From: Chlorokybus atmophyticus
Taxonomy: Eukaryota; Plantae; Mesostigma and Chlorokybus algae
DNA length: 64,000 nt
Direction: 5' to 3'
Assembly: GCA_009103225.1 (NCBI GenBank)
Contig: RHPI01002438.1
Location: 874,755 to 938,754 of the forward strand
The notes below the pieces were generated by a model. It saw only the letters and a list, made by a program, of their open reading frames with translations. It searched no databases and was not told where the DNA came from. Of the stretch, positions 42,801-55,455 are shown piece after piece. Position numbers and translations under genes: made by a program. How positions within the stretch are numbered: position 1 is the stretch's first letter; each line of letters starts with the position of its first letter.

Positions 42801-45560
42801 CTTTCCGGAAAGACTAGAAGAACTAGGGGTCGCCCCAAAACCCCTCCAAATGATACAAGTGCAGTAGCAACAGCACAGGCAAGAGCAGCAATAATAGCAG
42901 CTTAAGAGAAGGATTGCTAGAGGTAGCCGTAGCATCAGAAGCAGCACCAGCACGACAAGTCAAACCAGGAGCAGCAGCACGGATGGCCAAGGATGGTTGC
43001 ACCCCCACTTGTGGATGAGGTATGCGCGCAAGGACTTGTAATTCTCAAGCCACTATGTATCCTGCAAAGGAGTTGTTTTCATCTACTATTCAATCCAATC
43101 TCGCTGCTGTCGCTTCCGAATAGCAATTGCGTTGACGCGTAGCCAGCATGTATGCCAATCCTCTTCGCTTCGTTGCTGCACTTTCTGCTGCTCAGTCTGC
43201 CACTGTGCAGTCATATCGCGAGCGTGTTAAACATTGGTGCGCACGGCAGCTAACTTATCTTCAGTCAACCAATGCCGCTTGCTCTCATGTAAACCATTGC
43301 GCAGCATGGACATAGGCGTCTTCTCGATTCTTGATTGATAAGCATGCTCCTTCAGCATGTGCTTGTTTTGCAGCCCGTGTCACCATGGCGCCTTGAGCGG
43401 CAATCTCTTAAAGATTTAGCGAATTGCAGTCTTTGCCTTAATGAACACTTCCTTGATGAGTTTCTGCGGATTATGACCACCAGTTGGAACAAGTTTAACA
43501 CCCAAATTTGTCGCTTTTCTAACTCAAACATACCCTCTGTTCATTCTCTTATTCTATTTTGGAATCTAGCTGTCTTAACATCATGAATAATAGTCTATCT
43601 AGCACGCGTGTCAGCTCAGCGCTCTTGCATTTAGCTGAGTCAAATATCCCTTTAAAAAGGCATACAAATCATTATGATGCCTCTGTAACAGCGTCATTAA
43701 TTGTGTCGTTCTTATGACACACGCATATGACTGCACAATGACATGTACAAGCATGTACTGACGAAGTCTTCTCAACACTTGCCTTCTGTTTTTTATTTCG
43801 TGTGACTTGTGGTCGTTTCTGCACCCTTCATGTGTCGGCGCTTAAAGATTCACAAGCTTGTCGCGGTGCAGCGCAAGCGAGGTACGCTCCGTCTTCAAGC
43901 ACAATGCCGTGGCGAGCTGACATCTGTGTTGCCTCTTTAATAAACTTGCTTTTGGCCGCCTTGAAAAAGTACTCCATGACCTGAGGTGAGATGGTGATCG
44001 TCACATCGACTGCCATGCTGAATGATAATGTCATAGACCGCGCAGCTGACACAACACGCATAGCTCTTAGATGCGGTTTATGGCAGCAAGAGCAAGCATC
44101 TGGCAAATCAAGTAATGTTTGTAGGCATGAGCCATAGTATAGGCCTGGTAGGCTGCATATACTCATAATGTCTGTATGTTGCTCGTTAAGAGGTGGAGGG
44201 AAGGGATCGTATTCCATGAGCAGCTCTTCCCCAGCGGCGATGTCACTCAAACTCCTGACCTCAGCTGCCCGCCCCGCAGCCTCACCAACGGCGTACTGGG
44301 CTTGGTAGCCTATCGGGCATCGGCTACAAGTTGGTTCACCCCGCCACCTTATGTGCAACGAAATTGGTAAGGATATTATATACATGTATTGACTCACAGA
44401 TTTCTTCGATCTATGCCATAAAACGGTGCGCAACATGTCATGATTACAGCAATCTACAAGCAGTTGCATGGTTATTCACAGGTGTTTGAGGAGTTTTGGG
44501 AGAGCCGGCTGCCGATGACGTTCGTTATTTTCATGCCTCACCAGCTGGCATGCCTCGCCTTCTTTATAGGTGGCACCACCTCTTCCTCCTCATACTGCTC
44601 CGCCAATTCCAACACCTCCCTGGAAGCCTTCTGCGCCGACTCTGCCAACCCCTCGTGCATCACATCTTCAAGTTGTTCCTCGAGCTCCTTTGGCTCCCTA
44701 GTTTCTATCGCAGCAAAGTCGAACTCGGCCCTCACTATTCAACGCTCCCGACGCTGAACCTACAGCGGTAACACCTAAACCTTGCCTTTTTGTCCGCTTT
44801 GGTTTAGCTTGCTCCTTCCGGTAGAGGGGGATGTTGTTGTAACCATGCTCAGCATCATCTCAGAATTTCTTGTTCTCTGTAACAAGCGACAAGGTTAGTA
44901 ACCAATGAATTGTAATGGCATCTTTTGCTTAAAAATGCATGTGCTTACAAATGCAAAGGCTTTAATGTGATGCTTTCACAGGTACTTAGCGATGGCTCTC
45001 CGCACGTTGTAGATGGAAACTTTGCTCTGCTTTACATGTTTCACGGCCTGCACGCCAACATATGCCTCACGTAAGTAAACTTTATTGCACAGTCTTTTGC
45101 CCGGATATTACTTCACTAGCATGTATACGACCATGCTGGTATACATTGTGCGCACTCGTAGACTACAAACATCACGTGAGTTTTTGCGCCTCTTTGAGTT
45201 TATATGAACAAACGCACCTTCATAACATCATACGCACCCGCACTGCTTTAGAGAGAGAATCCCCCATCCATCCCTTCAGCTCATCTGCTGTTTCCCTGCC
45301 GCCCTGGTTGGTGCGTCTGCGCATGTATCTGTAATATCTTATGTGCAGGTGCTACGCGATTTTTGCAGTTTTGGTGTGGGTAGTTTTAAGATCACTGCCG
45401 GGCTGTTGGAGGCCCGCTTTCACGCTTGTTTTAAAGTAGGGACAGTGCCAATAGAATGTCCGCTGGTGTGAAGGCTGCCTCCCAAGTCTCCTCGAAAACC
45501 GACAATGCTGCAAACACGGTAGAGATGTCATCATCCATGGTGTTTTTCAGCTTGCTGATC
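39880..45560 (-). pseudogene. Decayed multi-exon gene: pseudo-SET domain + GDxPA repeats + coiled coil + Ulp1/C48 protease
   Basis: SET-like ISLHIRWRGEPTC...VRSLSDIAAGEELLMEY (~44370-44200). Coiled-coil exons at 42200-40600. Ulp1 motifs EWMRDVVEDFL, LNHFWLLLD, YYDP and *VLTSNCGLIV (40545-39890). Multiple stops; the 5' limit is approximate. Confidence 0.65.
42570..42710 (-). repeat. 18-bp coding tandem repeat (GDEPAG/GDKPAS)
   Basis: Units such as gcaggttcatcaccacta, gcaggtttatcaccacca and gcaggttcatcaccactg on the plus strand. Confidence 0.85.
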
Positions 45561-46022
45561 TGCAACAATTTGCTTTGGACTACACTCGTATGCAACACAA
45601 GCCAGCACTCCGCTACCACACCTCCGCCAGCACCGCCAAAACTACCTCAGGCACACCAACCGTCTAGACTTACAGGCCGGCGGCGGCGTCACAGGCGACC
45701 GCATATACTGCTCCAACGAACCCTAGGTCACAGGTACTGCAAGTTAATTCATTTGGAAGTTCCTTTCGTTGTCAAACTCCGGCAGTGTTTTAGTTCGTGC
45801 ATTGTGTGTGGTGTTTGTTGGTTTTGTTCGTGCGCTGTGCGCATCATAATTGCAGCACTGGTTATCGCAGCGGCATAATATCGCGTGGTGTAGACTCTCA
45901 TGTTATAGATTCTGTATAAGCCTTTGTCAGCGAAAAAGCTTAGGTGCTTTGTGCATCGTGCAACAATGGCAACTGCAATGCTTTTTACCGACCGAGCCTT
46001 CAACCCGGGGCGAAAGGGCTAG

Positions 46023-46549
46023 TGAAACGGGAGCAATAATAATAGGGGTATCATTGCTGCCTGAATAACACATTCTGTATGAATAAATATCTAAATATGC
46101 TTATTTATACCTCTTTTTTACGGTTCCTCGCTTATTAAAGGCTATGATGCTTTATCATAGCTTGAATAAGTCCCAATGGTTGTAGAACCGCTTATTCAAG
46201 CCTATTTAATGTCACATTTGACATAATGTGGTCACTATCTCGTTAGGTATCTTACGATAGGTATCTTTCGATAGGTACCTTATCGATAAGTACTTTATCT
46301 GAACTGTGATTGGCTCACGCTAGATTTCTTAACTACCCTATCTGTAGGGTCGATGTCTAGTTATGAGTTGATTATCAAGAGTTATATATTTGATATACTC
46401 TTGATATAAAAGGTCACATCAAACTGATGTGAGGGACTTGCAGTTCTCTGCTCAGTGGCGGCCACGCCGTTGAAAGGCTTGTCATAGGCGGTGTGGGCGT
46501 TGGGGTAGAGGATTGAAGGGGCATCACCGGCGACAATGGCGCTTTTACA
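46023..46549 (+). repeat. Gypsy 5' LTR
   Basis: TG..CA ends; contains ~14-bp gataggtatc-type tandem motifs at ~46243-46300. Confidence 0.92.
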
Positions 46550-49500
46550 TTGGTATCCAGGAGCTGGGGGTGATGTGAGTACTTATAGGGGGCGGCGACC
46601 TGCTTTCAGCCAATCAGAAGGCGTTGGCCTCCTATTCGTCCACGCAGCCTAAGCTTCAAATTAACTTCCATACGCTACCTCCACGTTGAAGCCCATCAAA
46701 GAGGCAGCCTCTCCACGTGTGAGGTACATCACACACATCGGTGACTTGCCTGCTTGTCAGCTGCTTGCCAGGTGCACGTGTGTACTTTCATACACATCAT
46801 TCAGTGACTTGCCAGTGCATGAGTGCGGCTTGCTAGTGCCATCACTGCTTGTCACACTTAGTGCACTATCGTTGCTTGCAGTGATTGCATGTCATTGCAT
46901 GCGGTGATTGCTTGTCTTTGTGCTTGCCAGTGCATGTCACAGTTGGTCACTGTGTGGCTTGCCTGTTGCATGCCTGTGACGTACCTGTGACCTACCAGCT
47001 GCTTTTTCGGGTCGCATGACCCGGGTCCGTAAGTTCCAAACCAAGCTGTTCTCAAACCTTCCCCCTCTGGCTTCGGCCTGGAGATCGGGACTTGGTTAGG
47101 ACAGTTTTGGGGAGTATCTAGGACATTCTGTTCCCAAACACTGTTAGTCTGAAACCCTCCCCCTCTGGCTTCGGCCTGGAGATTGGGACTTGGTTTAGGA
47201 TAACACAAGGTTAAAACATTCTGGTCCCATTCAGACTTATTCTGTTTGGTGACACTTTAAATCAATCCTATTTTGGGACTGGTTTGGACCCTGTTTGGGA
47301 CTTTTATAACTTGGGGTCATTTTGATCCTCTCGTTGAACCTGGTCCATTGGCGAGGTTCTCACCATTCCATTTTGCCTGTTTTGCAGACAAATGAAAGAG
47401 AACTCGGTGCCCACCTCAAAGGGGGAAAGCTCGCAAAAAGAGCAATTATCCCGTGAGGAGGAGTTTCCATCTATGGAGGATATTTTCAACCCGGATGATG
47501 CACCTGATGAGTCTCATGCTGCTAAGGATGTGGATGGCTTGGTGGAACCAGACGGGCCACCATTACCACCATCATTCGTGCAGCCTGAAATTTCAATTCG
47601 CTTGACAAAGCAGGAGTTGATGGACCACTTTCTTGGCACCTATGATGAGGAGCCTCATAAGGCGATTGTCTCGCTCGTCAACTTCCTCTTTCATTTGGCG
47701 AAAAAGCTCTCAAAGCTCAACACCTTTATCGGGCGAGATTGGGAGGGATGAATGGGTGAAGGCAAACGTGTTCTGAACATGATCAAGCGCCTTCAATGCT
47801 CTGACAGTAGTCCACCTGTTCAAACGCTTGCTCGACCTGCCGAGTCTGTTCCCAACAAACAAGCGGCAATTTCAACTGGCTCGTGAAGCTGAGACATTAT
47901 GTCAACTCCCTTCACATTTGTAAGGAGGGAAAAAAATGGCGTGTAATTGAGTTGCTGATCCCAAACAATGCTCTAGCAGATTGGTACCGCCGTAAGCAAC
48001 GGGATATGAACCTCGGGCGGGAAGTGAATCAGTTGTGCTCTTTCATGGAGCAGCGCTATGGTGGCGCAGATCTTGCCCAGGTTTCTCGCAACCAGCTGCA
48101 CAATTTGCGTCAGAACGGGCGTCCGATTCAGCAGTATATCCACGATTCAGTCGTTTGTCAGCAAGATTAAAACTGGCAAACTACCCATTAGCGATGCTGA
48201 TCAGCTGGATATGTTCAGGCGTTGCTTGAACACAGATCTCGTGCAGCATGTGGCCGTCAACCCCGCGCGTTTGCAAGAGTGGGCCTCGACGGAGTTACCA
48301 ATGCTGATGCAGATGGTTGCTTTTGTGGACAGTGTGAAGCGCTCTCACGCAAACATGCAAACCACAGCAAAAGAGGCAGCACCGGTTTCAGCTGCAAAGC
48401 GCCCGGCCACTGACAACAAACCTTTTATGAAAAAGGCGAAAACATCTCAGCCTGCTGGCCCCTACAACGCGGCCAAATCCACCATTACTTGCAACTTCTG
48501 CAAGAAGACAGGTCATGGGGAGGCCAAGTGCTATGCACAGAAGGCCAAGCAGCAGAAAGACAAGAAATAGGAATTGTCCGTGGTTGGTAGCTTAGTCGAG
48601 CAGAACGACTTTCAAAACTTTGTACTTTTTGATAAGGTTTCCTCTCTTTGTGATGTATCAAATGTATGGATTGATATGAGCACACCACCTGTGTAAACAA
48701 ATGCAAACGGTTGTGTTTTAATCAATGTTCCATTCTCTGAATTGGTAACTGCCGCTAAGCACTTACACGAGTTGCAATTACAACATGCTGTCACTGCATG
48801 TGTAGTTATCCCTCGATATCATGGCCCGTGGTCGCGATTGTTAAAAGGGGGAGAAGTAATTATGCAACTCTCACGCAAAGATACAGGAACTTCACCGTTA
48901 CAAGTGATTTTTACAAGCTTGCTACCAATCACGGCACTCCGACATTAGCTACATTTGATGGTCACTCAGTGCCACGCAAATTGAGATTTGAGAGTTAACT
49001 TATGGGTACACCATGTACAGCATTAATTGTTACTGGTGCAAACCATAACTTTGTTGAACATGCTTGGGTGAAACTTAATAACATACCTTTCACACCAGTC
49101 ACGTCATATGTACGTGCTGCTGGTTCTACCCTTAATGCAATTGGGTAGGTGAAGGGGCGTTTTTTAATTAACAGCCACAAGACTCGACCAACTTTCATCG
49201 TGGTGGATATAGGTATCCCCGGGGTGGATGTTGTTTTGAGCGAACAGGGGCACACCGAAGCAGGTTTGCAATTGGACTCTCGAGCAAATACGTGCACCCT
49301 TCGTAAAGGTAAACATAAGGTGACGTTAACCGCACATGTACTCGCACGTGTTGCTCGCAACAATGTTTCGCTCCACTCTGCTATGCAACTGATACGTTGC
49401 ATGCGCAAATGTGAGGAAGTATATTTGATGCACTTACGACAGGTAGAGACTCCTATTGAACAGGCCGTATCTGACCTTGTGGTGCAATCACTTACGGAAC

Positions 49501-52402
49501 CATACGCATATATTTCAGGATGAACTCCCGGAGTTGCCTCCTGATAGAAACATACATCATACCATTCTGTTAGAAAGCCACCTTGGCGGCCTGTCTATAG
49601 GCTAAGTCCCTTGGAACACGCGGAAATGGAAAAACAGCTTAATGAGTTAGTAGACAAAGATTTAATAACAAAGAGCATATCTTCTTTTTGTGCACCAATT
49701 TTGTTTGTGCCCAAAAAGAATGGCAAGCTACGCATGTGTATTGATTGTCGTGCGTTAAACAAGGTAACTGTGAGAAACAGATTCCCCTTGCCTCGGATTG
49801 ATGATTTGTTTGATAAGCTGTCAAGTGCAACACTGTTCAGCACACTGGATTTGACCAGTGGTTATCATCAAATCAAAATCCACCCATCAGATATACAAAA
49901 AACTGCATTCTTGAGTATCAAATGTTACCATTTGGGTTAACAAATGCACCGGCCACATTTCAGCAATGAACGCGGTATTTGCTGATGAATCGTACAAGTT
50001 TGAATTGGTGTATCTTTACGACATTATTGTCTTCAGCAAAACCCGGGAGAACCATCACAGGCATGTGGAATTGGTGCTAGCTAAGTTACGCGAACACAAA
50101 TTCTATGCCAACCTGTCCAAATGCAACTTTGCAAAGGATGAACTACCCTTTTTGAGGCATGTGATTGGCAAAAAAGGATTGAAACCAGATCCTCAAAAGG
50201 TGTGTGCGGTGAAGGATTGGCCACCACCCAAGGATGTACATTAGTTACGTGCTTTCTTGGGGCTAGCCAATTATTTCAAGCAAGTTCATGCGAGCATATT
50301 CTAGCATGGCAAATCCTTTAACATCTTTACTGAGAAAAGATGTTAAATTTGTGTGGACGGAGGCACATGAGGTTGCTTTTACACGCATTGAAGATGCATT
50401 AACACAAGCCCCTGTGTTAGCCTTCCCCGATCACACCAAGCCTTTTCGTGGTGATCAGTGATGCTTCCACCATTGGGTGTGGGGCAGTCCTGCTACAGGA
50501 CAACAGACCATGTGCATATGAAAGCATAAAGTTCATTCCCGCTAAACGTAATTACATAACCACTGAGCAGGAATTGCTTGGGGTGGTGCACGCGCTGCGC
50601 ACATGGCGTTGCTATTTGAAAGGTGTGCAGTTTTTGGTGATTACTGATCACAACCCGCTCACATTCTTTCATACGCAACGAAACCTGTCGAGGCGGCAAG
50701 CTAGGTGGAATGAATTCATTTCACTTTCACTTGGCAATACCGTCCAGGTCGCACCAATGTGGCGGATCCACTAAGTCGTAGCCCTGCTCTTTTGGCACTT
50801 ACGCGTAATATGCAACAGCCTGAAGATCCTTTCCTAAAGGAAGTGTCCACAGGGTATGACTCAAATGATTGGTTTAGCAGTCAAACCAACTTACAACAGC
50901 TTACTGCTCTTAGCAATCTGTGCTATAAAGGGGAGCAGTTGGCAATTCCCAACTCGGGCGACTTGCGTAAGCAATGCTTACAATCAGTGCATGACCCGCC
51001 GTATGCTGGGCATTTGAGAAAACACAAAACACTCAAAGCTGCGCAACAGTCATACTGGTGGCCAGCAATGTCAACTGATGTGGATCAATATGTGCGCACA
51101 TGTGACGTGTGTCAACGTAATACGTACGTAATAAGCCACTACGACAAAAACAAGCGGGATTGCTTAAACCATTGGTAATTTCAGAACAAAAGTGGGATAG
51201 TGTCAGTATGGCTTTGATTACTGACCTACCTTAAACAGCAGCCAAATACACTGCTATTGTGGTTTTTGTCGACCGTTTGACCAAAATGGTGCATTTTGCC
51301 CCGTGTTGCACAACTGTGAGTGCACGGGACTTGGCACATTTATTTGTGTCCACGGTCTTTCGAGTTCACGGTGTACCGCGTGAGCTTATCACAGATCGTG
51401 ATCCTCGTTTTGTCTCCAAGTTCTGGAGAGAAGTCTGTAAATTGTTGGGGGTAAAACAAAGCATGTCGACTGCTTTCCACCCGCAGACGGACGGACAAAC
51501 CGAGCGAGCAAATCAAAAACTAGAAAAAATGCTTGGCACTATGTGGCTCCCAGCCATGCTGATTATGACAGGTACTTGCCAATGGCAGAGTTCGCTGTGA
51601 ACTACGCGTGGCAGGAAAGTGTAAAGGAAACCCCATTTTTCTTGAATTATGGGATTCGCCCGAACACACCAGCGTCATTGCGTGTCCCTCGCAACGCCCT
51701 GACTGTACCAGCGGCAAAGAAATTTGCCACTGATATGCAAGAAAATTTGGCTCGAGCCAAGCTATGTCTGTCAGAAGCACAGAACAGGCAAAAAGCTTAT
51801 GCTGATACACATAAAAGAATGGCCACTTCCGATGTCGGCGATAAAGTTTTGCTTAATGCAAAGAACATACCCATCAAAGGTACGGGTGCTCGCAAGTTGC
51901 TGCCCCGATGGTTAGGTCCTTTCTCTATCACTGATAGAGTTGGTACGCACGTTTATCGACTGCAATTGCCCCCAAGTGTGCGTATACACAACGTGTTCCA
52001 TGTGTACTTGTTGAAACCTTACCGTTCAAACGGTAGAACACAGCCTCCACCACCGCCGGTTGAGGTGGACAGCGAGCTTAAATACGAGGTGGAAGCTATA
52101 TTAAACCATAAGCTAATTAGTCGAGGACGCGCAACTCGCTACTTGATGAAATGGAAAGGGTATGGCCCAGAACATAATAGTTGGGAGCCCAGGCATCTTA
52201 CGCACTGCCGCGAGTTGCTTCGAGCTTATTGGGATTCACGTCCGGTCCCATAAACTGTGGGCTTGGTTTTATGACAGACTGGCAGTGCAGTTTCATTCCC
52301 ACCCTGTCATTTCCTGCTATCTTACTGGTTACAATTACTCGACATCAAGCCTGATCAACTTGAGTTCAACGAGGACATTGAAAACCCAAGTGGGGGGGGG
52401 GA

Positions 52403-53018
52403 TGTAACGGGAGCAATAATAATAGGGGTATTATTGCTGCCTAAATAACACATTATGTATGAATAAGTATCCAAATATGCTTATTTATACCTCTTTTCTA
52501 CGGTTCCTCGCTTATTATAGGCTATTATGCTTTATGATAGCTTAAATAAGTCCCAATGGGTGTGGAATCGCTTATTCAAGCCTATTTGGTGTCACATTTG
52601 ATATAATGTAGTCATTATCTCGTTATGTACCTTACGATAGATATCTTTGGATAGGTACCTTATCGATAGGCACCTATCCAACCTTATCTGAGCTGTGATT
52701 GGCTCACGCTAGATTTCCCAACTACCCTATCCGTAAGGTCGATGTCTAGTTATGAGTTAATATTAATATTATATTATATATATTATATATATATTATATT
52801 AATATTTCATTATATATATATATATAATATTATTATAATATTATCGAGAGGTATATATTTGATATACTCTTGATGTAAAGGTCACGTCAAACTGATGTGA
52901 GGGACTTTTCAGTTCTCTGCTCAGTGGCGGCCACGCTGTTGAAAGGCTTGTCATAGGCGGTGTGGGTGTTGGAGTAGAGGATTGAAGGGGCATCACCGGC
53001 GACGGTGGTGCTGTTACA
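52403..53018 (+). repeat. Gypsy 3' LTR with a TA-rich expansion (~52757-52846)
   Basis: Aligns to the 5' LTR except for the AT-only insert. Confidence 0.92.
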
Positions 53019-53560
53019 GGTGGTGTGCTCATATCAGCCCATACATCTGATACATCACAAAGAGGAAACTTTATCAAGAAATACAGAGTTTTCAAAATCG
53101 TTTTGCTCGATTAAGCTACCAACCACGGATAATTCCTATTTCTTGTCCTTCTGCTGCTTGGCCTTCTGTGCATTCTGCTTTGCATAGCACTTGGTCTCCC
53201 CATGACCTGTCTTCTTGCAGAAGTTGCAAATGATGGTGGATTTGGCTGCGTTGTAGGGGCTAGCAGGCTGAGATGTTTTCGCCTTTTTAAGAAAAGGTTT
53301 GTAGTCAGTGGCCGGGCGCTTTGCAGCTGAAACCGGAGCTGCCTCTTTTGCTGTGGTTTGCATGTTTGCGTGAGAGCGCTTCACACTGTCCACAGCAGCA
53401 ACCATTTGCATCAGCATTGGTAAACCCGTTGAGACCCACTCTTGCAAACTCGCGGTTGACGGCCACATGCTGCACGAGATCTGTGTCCAAGCCACGCCTG
53501 CACATATCCAGCTGATCAGCATCACTGATAGGTAGTTTGCCAGCATTAATCTTGCTTGAT
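53019..53560 (-). mobile_element. Inverted fragment of a second gypsy copy (gag C-terminus and gag-pol junction)
   Basis: The reverse complement matches ~48160-48690 (SVKRSHANMQTTAKEAAPVSAAKRPATD...CNFCKKTGHGETKC). Confidence 0.92.
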
Positions 53561-55139
53561 AGTGACAACTTTTGGAGTGCATGTGCAGAGCGTGACTGTT
53601 GAGTGGCCACCTATGTTTATGAGCCAGATGGGCACCTGCGTCTGTGAAAAACGGGGAATGCAGCTTCAATAGGCACGTCCGGATGGGGGAATGCCAAGCG
53701 AGAATATAAAGACCTGTAGGCGTAGCAAAATATGGCAACCAGGTTTGCTAGCTATGTGCCAAAAGTCTATTGTTTCATTTGATTGTGATCATGGTGTGCC
53801 CATGCAGGGCTCCGTCCGCGAGATTCACACGGATTGACGTTTAAGGGATCAAGTATGGTCCTTTCACGGACCCCCAGGACCATGCATGGTCCGTATCCCG
53901 CGGGCCAGGATTGCCTGATCCGCGGGGGACGGACCGTGCATGGTCCGTTCGGGGTCCCGAATCCTGGTGCGCAATTGCGCACCAGATGTGGTGCGTGGCT
54001 GGACCAGACATATTACCGGTCCTACTGGCCGCGAAAGACTGGACCATACACGGCCTGCAGCTGGACCAGGCATGTTGCCGGTCCGACTGTCAATGGGTGT
54101 ACGGACCATGCGTGGTCTGGACCACAACAATGCCGGACCATATATGTTGCAATGAATGAAATTGATGTGACTGGTCCGAACCACATGATTGGGCGGACCG
54201 TTGCTGGTGCACGCTCAGCTTATTGGTCATTTTGGACAAGCACCACGCACCATACATGGTCTGCCGCCTTAACAAGCTCTTACTGGTCCAAAGGCTAACA
54301 AATTGCGGACCATTCATGGTCCTTAATCTAACCAAGCACTTATTGGTCCACATTGTTGTATAATTGCGGACCATATATGGTTCTTGACTTACAAGGCTTG
54401 TGCGGCTTGTGCGACTGTCAATATGGAACGTAGTAGGACTTGACAGTCGCAGCAGCAGCTTGGTGATTGAGTAGTGAGGTCGCTTGCGAGTTTGCATGCG
54501 CCCTGGTTCTGTGTTGCTTGATTAGTCGTTTGTGGTTTGCTGCTTGAGCTGTCAGCGATTACCTGAAAGGTATTTGTTTTGCTTTGAAGCTTGCATGCCT
54601 TGTTGCTTGCGCGCTGTGACATTGTTTGGGCACTAAGTTCGGTTGCTTGCTCAGCCTCAATCTGTGCACTGAGTTCAATTACTGGTTCAGGCTGCTTAGC
54701 TGACACCATGGCTACTGGGGAGGGCAGCCAAATGCCTGCTGCAGCTGATTGCTTCAGGGTCGAGGGCAACAATTTGCTGGGCCAGGTGACAGGTCAGCAG
54801 TTCTTGATAAAGGAGGAGTACAAGCATATGCGCACATCGCTAATGGTCAACCTGAGGAAGCTGAAGAATGAGATGTTGAGCAAGTGGCCACTACCTCAAG
54901 ATATGCAAGGACTTTAAGATGAATGCTAAGCACCGGCAGGAGCTCGACGAAGTATGCCAAGCGATCTTGCAGTAGTCACTTCCACTGGTCTTTGACGCAA
55001 ACCACTCGCTCATGTGGACAAAAGGTGAGATGCTTTCTTGATGACATGTGATCTTTGAATGGAACTTACATGCAGCTGTGTTGAAGTGAGCTTTAGCATG
55101 TCGTTAGCTTTCAGTTCACTCTATCTGATGTGCTGTATT

Positions 55140-55455
55140 GCCGTTGACAGTCCTTACCCTGGTTGCTGTTGTTGTGTTCGTGTTTATTGCTGTGCAAAGT
55201 TGCTTTCAGTGCCTAGTTGCGGTATGCTGTCTTTTGCTAGCTAGCAGCTTGCAACAGCTAAAAGTGCTGTCTGGCCAGTGTGTTAACATTGACAATCTTT
55301 GCCCTGGTTGCTGTTGCTGTGTTTGTGCTTGTTGCTTCGGTGACCAGCTGCGATATGCTGGTTTTGAGGCTATCTTCTGCTAGATGGCAACTTCCAACAG
55401 CTGAAAATGTGTGCTCTATAAAGCTGTCTTGCCGTTGACAGTCCTTGCCGTTGGT
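55140..55455 (+). repeat. ~146-bp imperfect tandem repeat, about 2.2 copies
   Basis: gccgttgacagtccttaccctggttgctgttg (55140), cattgacaatctttgccctggttgctgttg (~55287) and gccgttgacagtccttgcc (55431). Confidence 0.75.

Larger units (their letters stand above)
46023..53018 (+). mobile_element. Ty3/gypsy chromovirus LTR retrotransposon, decayed
   Basis: LTRs 46023-46549 and 52403-53018, PBS TGGTATCCAGGAGC (iMet-like, 46551-46564), poly-G PPT. Domains: gag with CNFCKKTGHGEAKC, protease ALIVTGANHNF (D mutated), RT ([20 protein letters not shown]), RNase H (SDASTIGCGAVL), integrase, and chromodomain YEVEAIL...YLMKWKGYGPEHNSWEP. No matching TSD. Confidence 0.97.

Noticed and set aside
46240-47200. 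Short direct repeats that could be mistaken for a CRISPR array
   Set aside because: They are LTR and leader tandem repeats of the gypsy element without unique spacers; eukaryotic context, no cas genes.
53834-54497. Overlapping ORFs on both strands (RTMHGP repeats), and likewise at 62660-63112
   Set aside because: By-products of palindromic repeat arrays, not genes.
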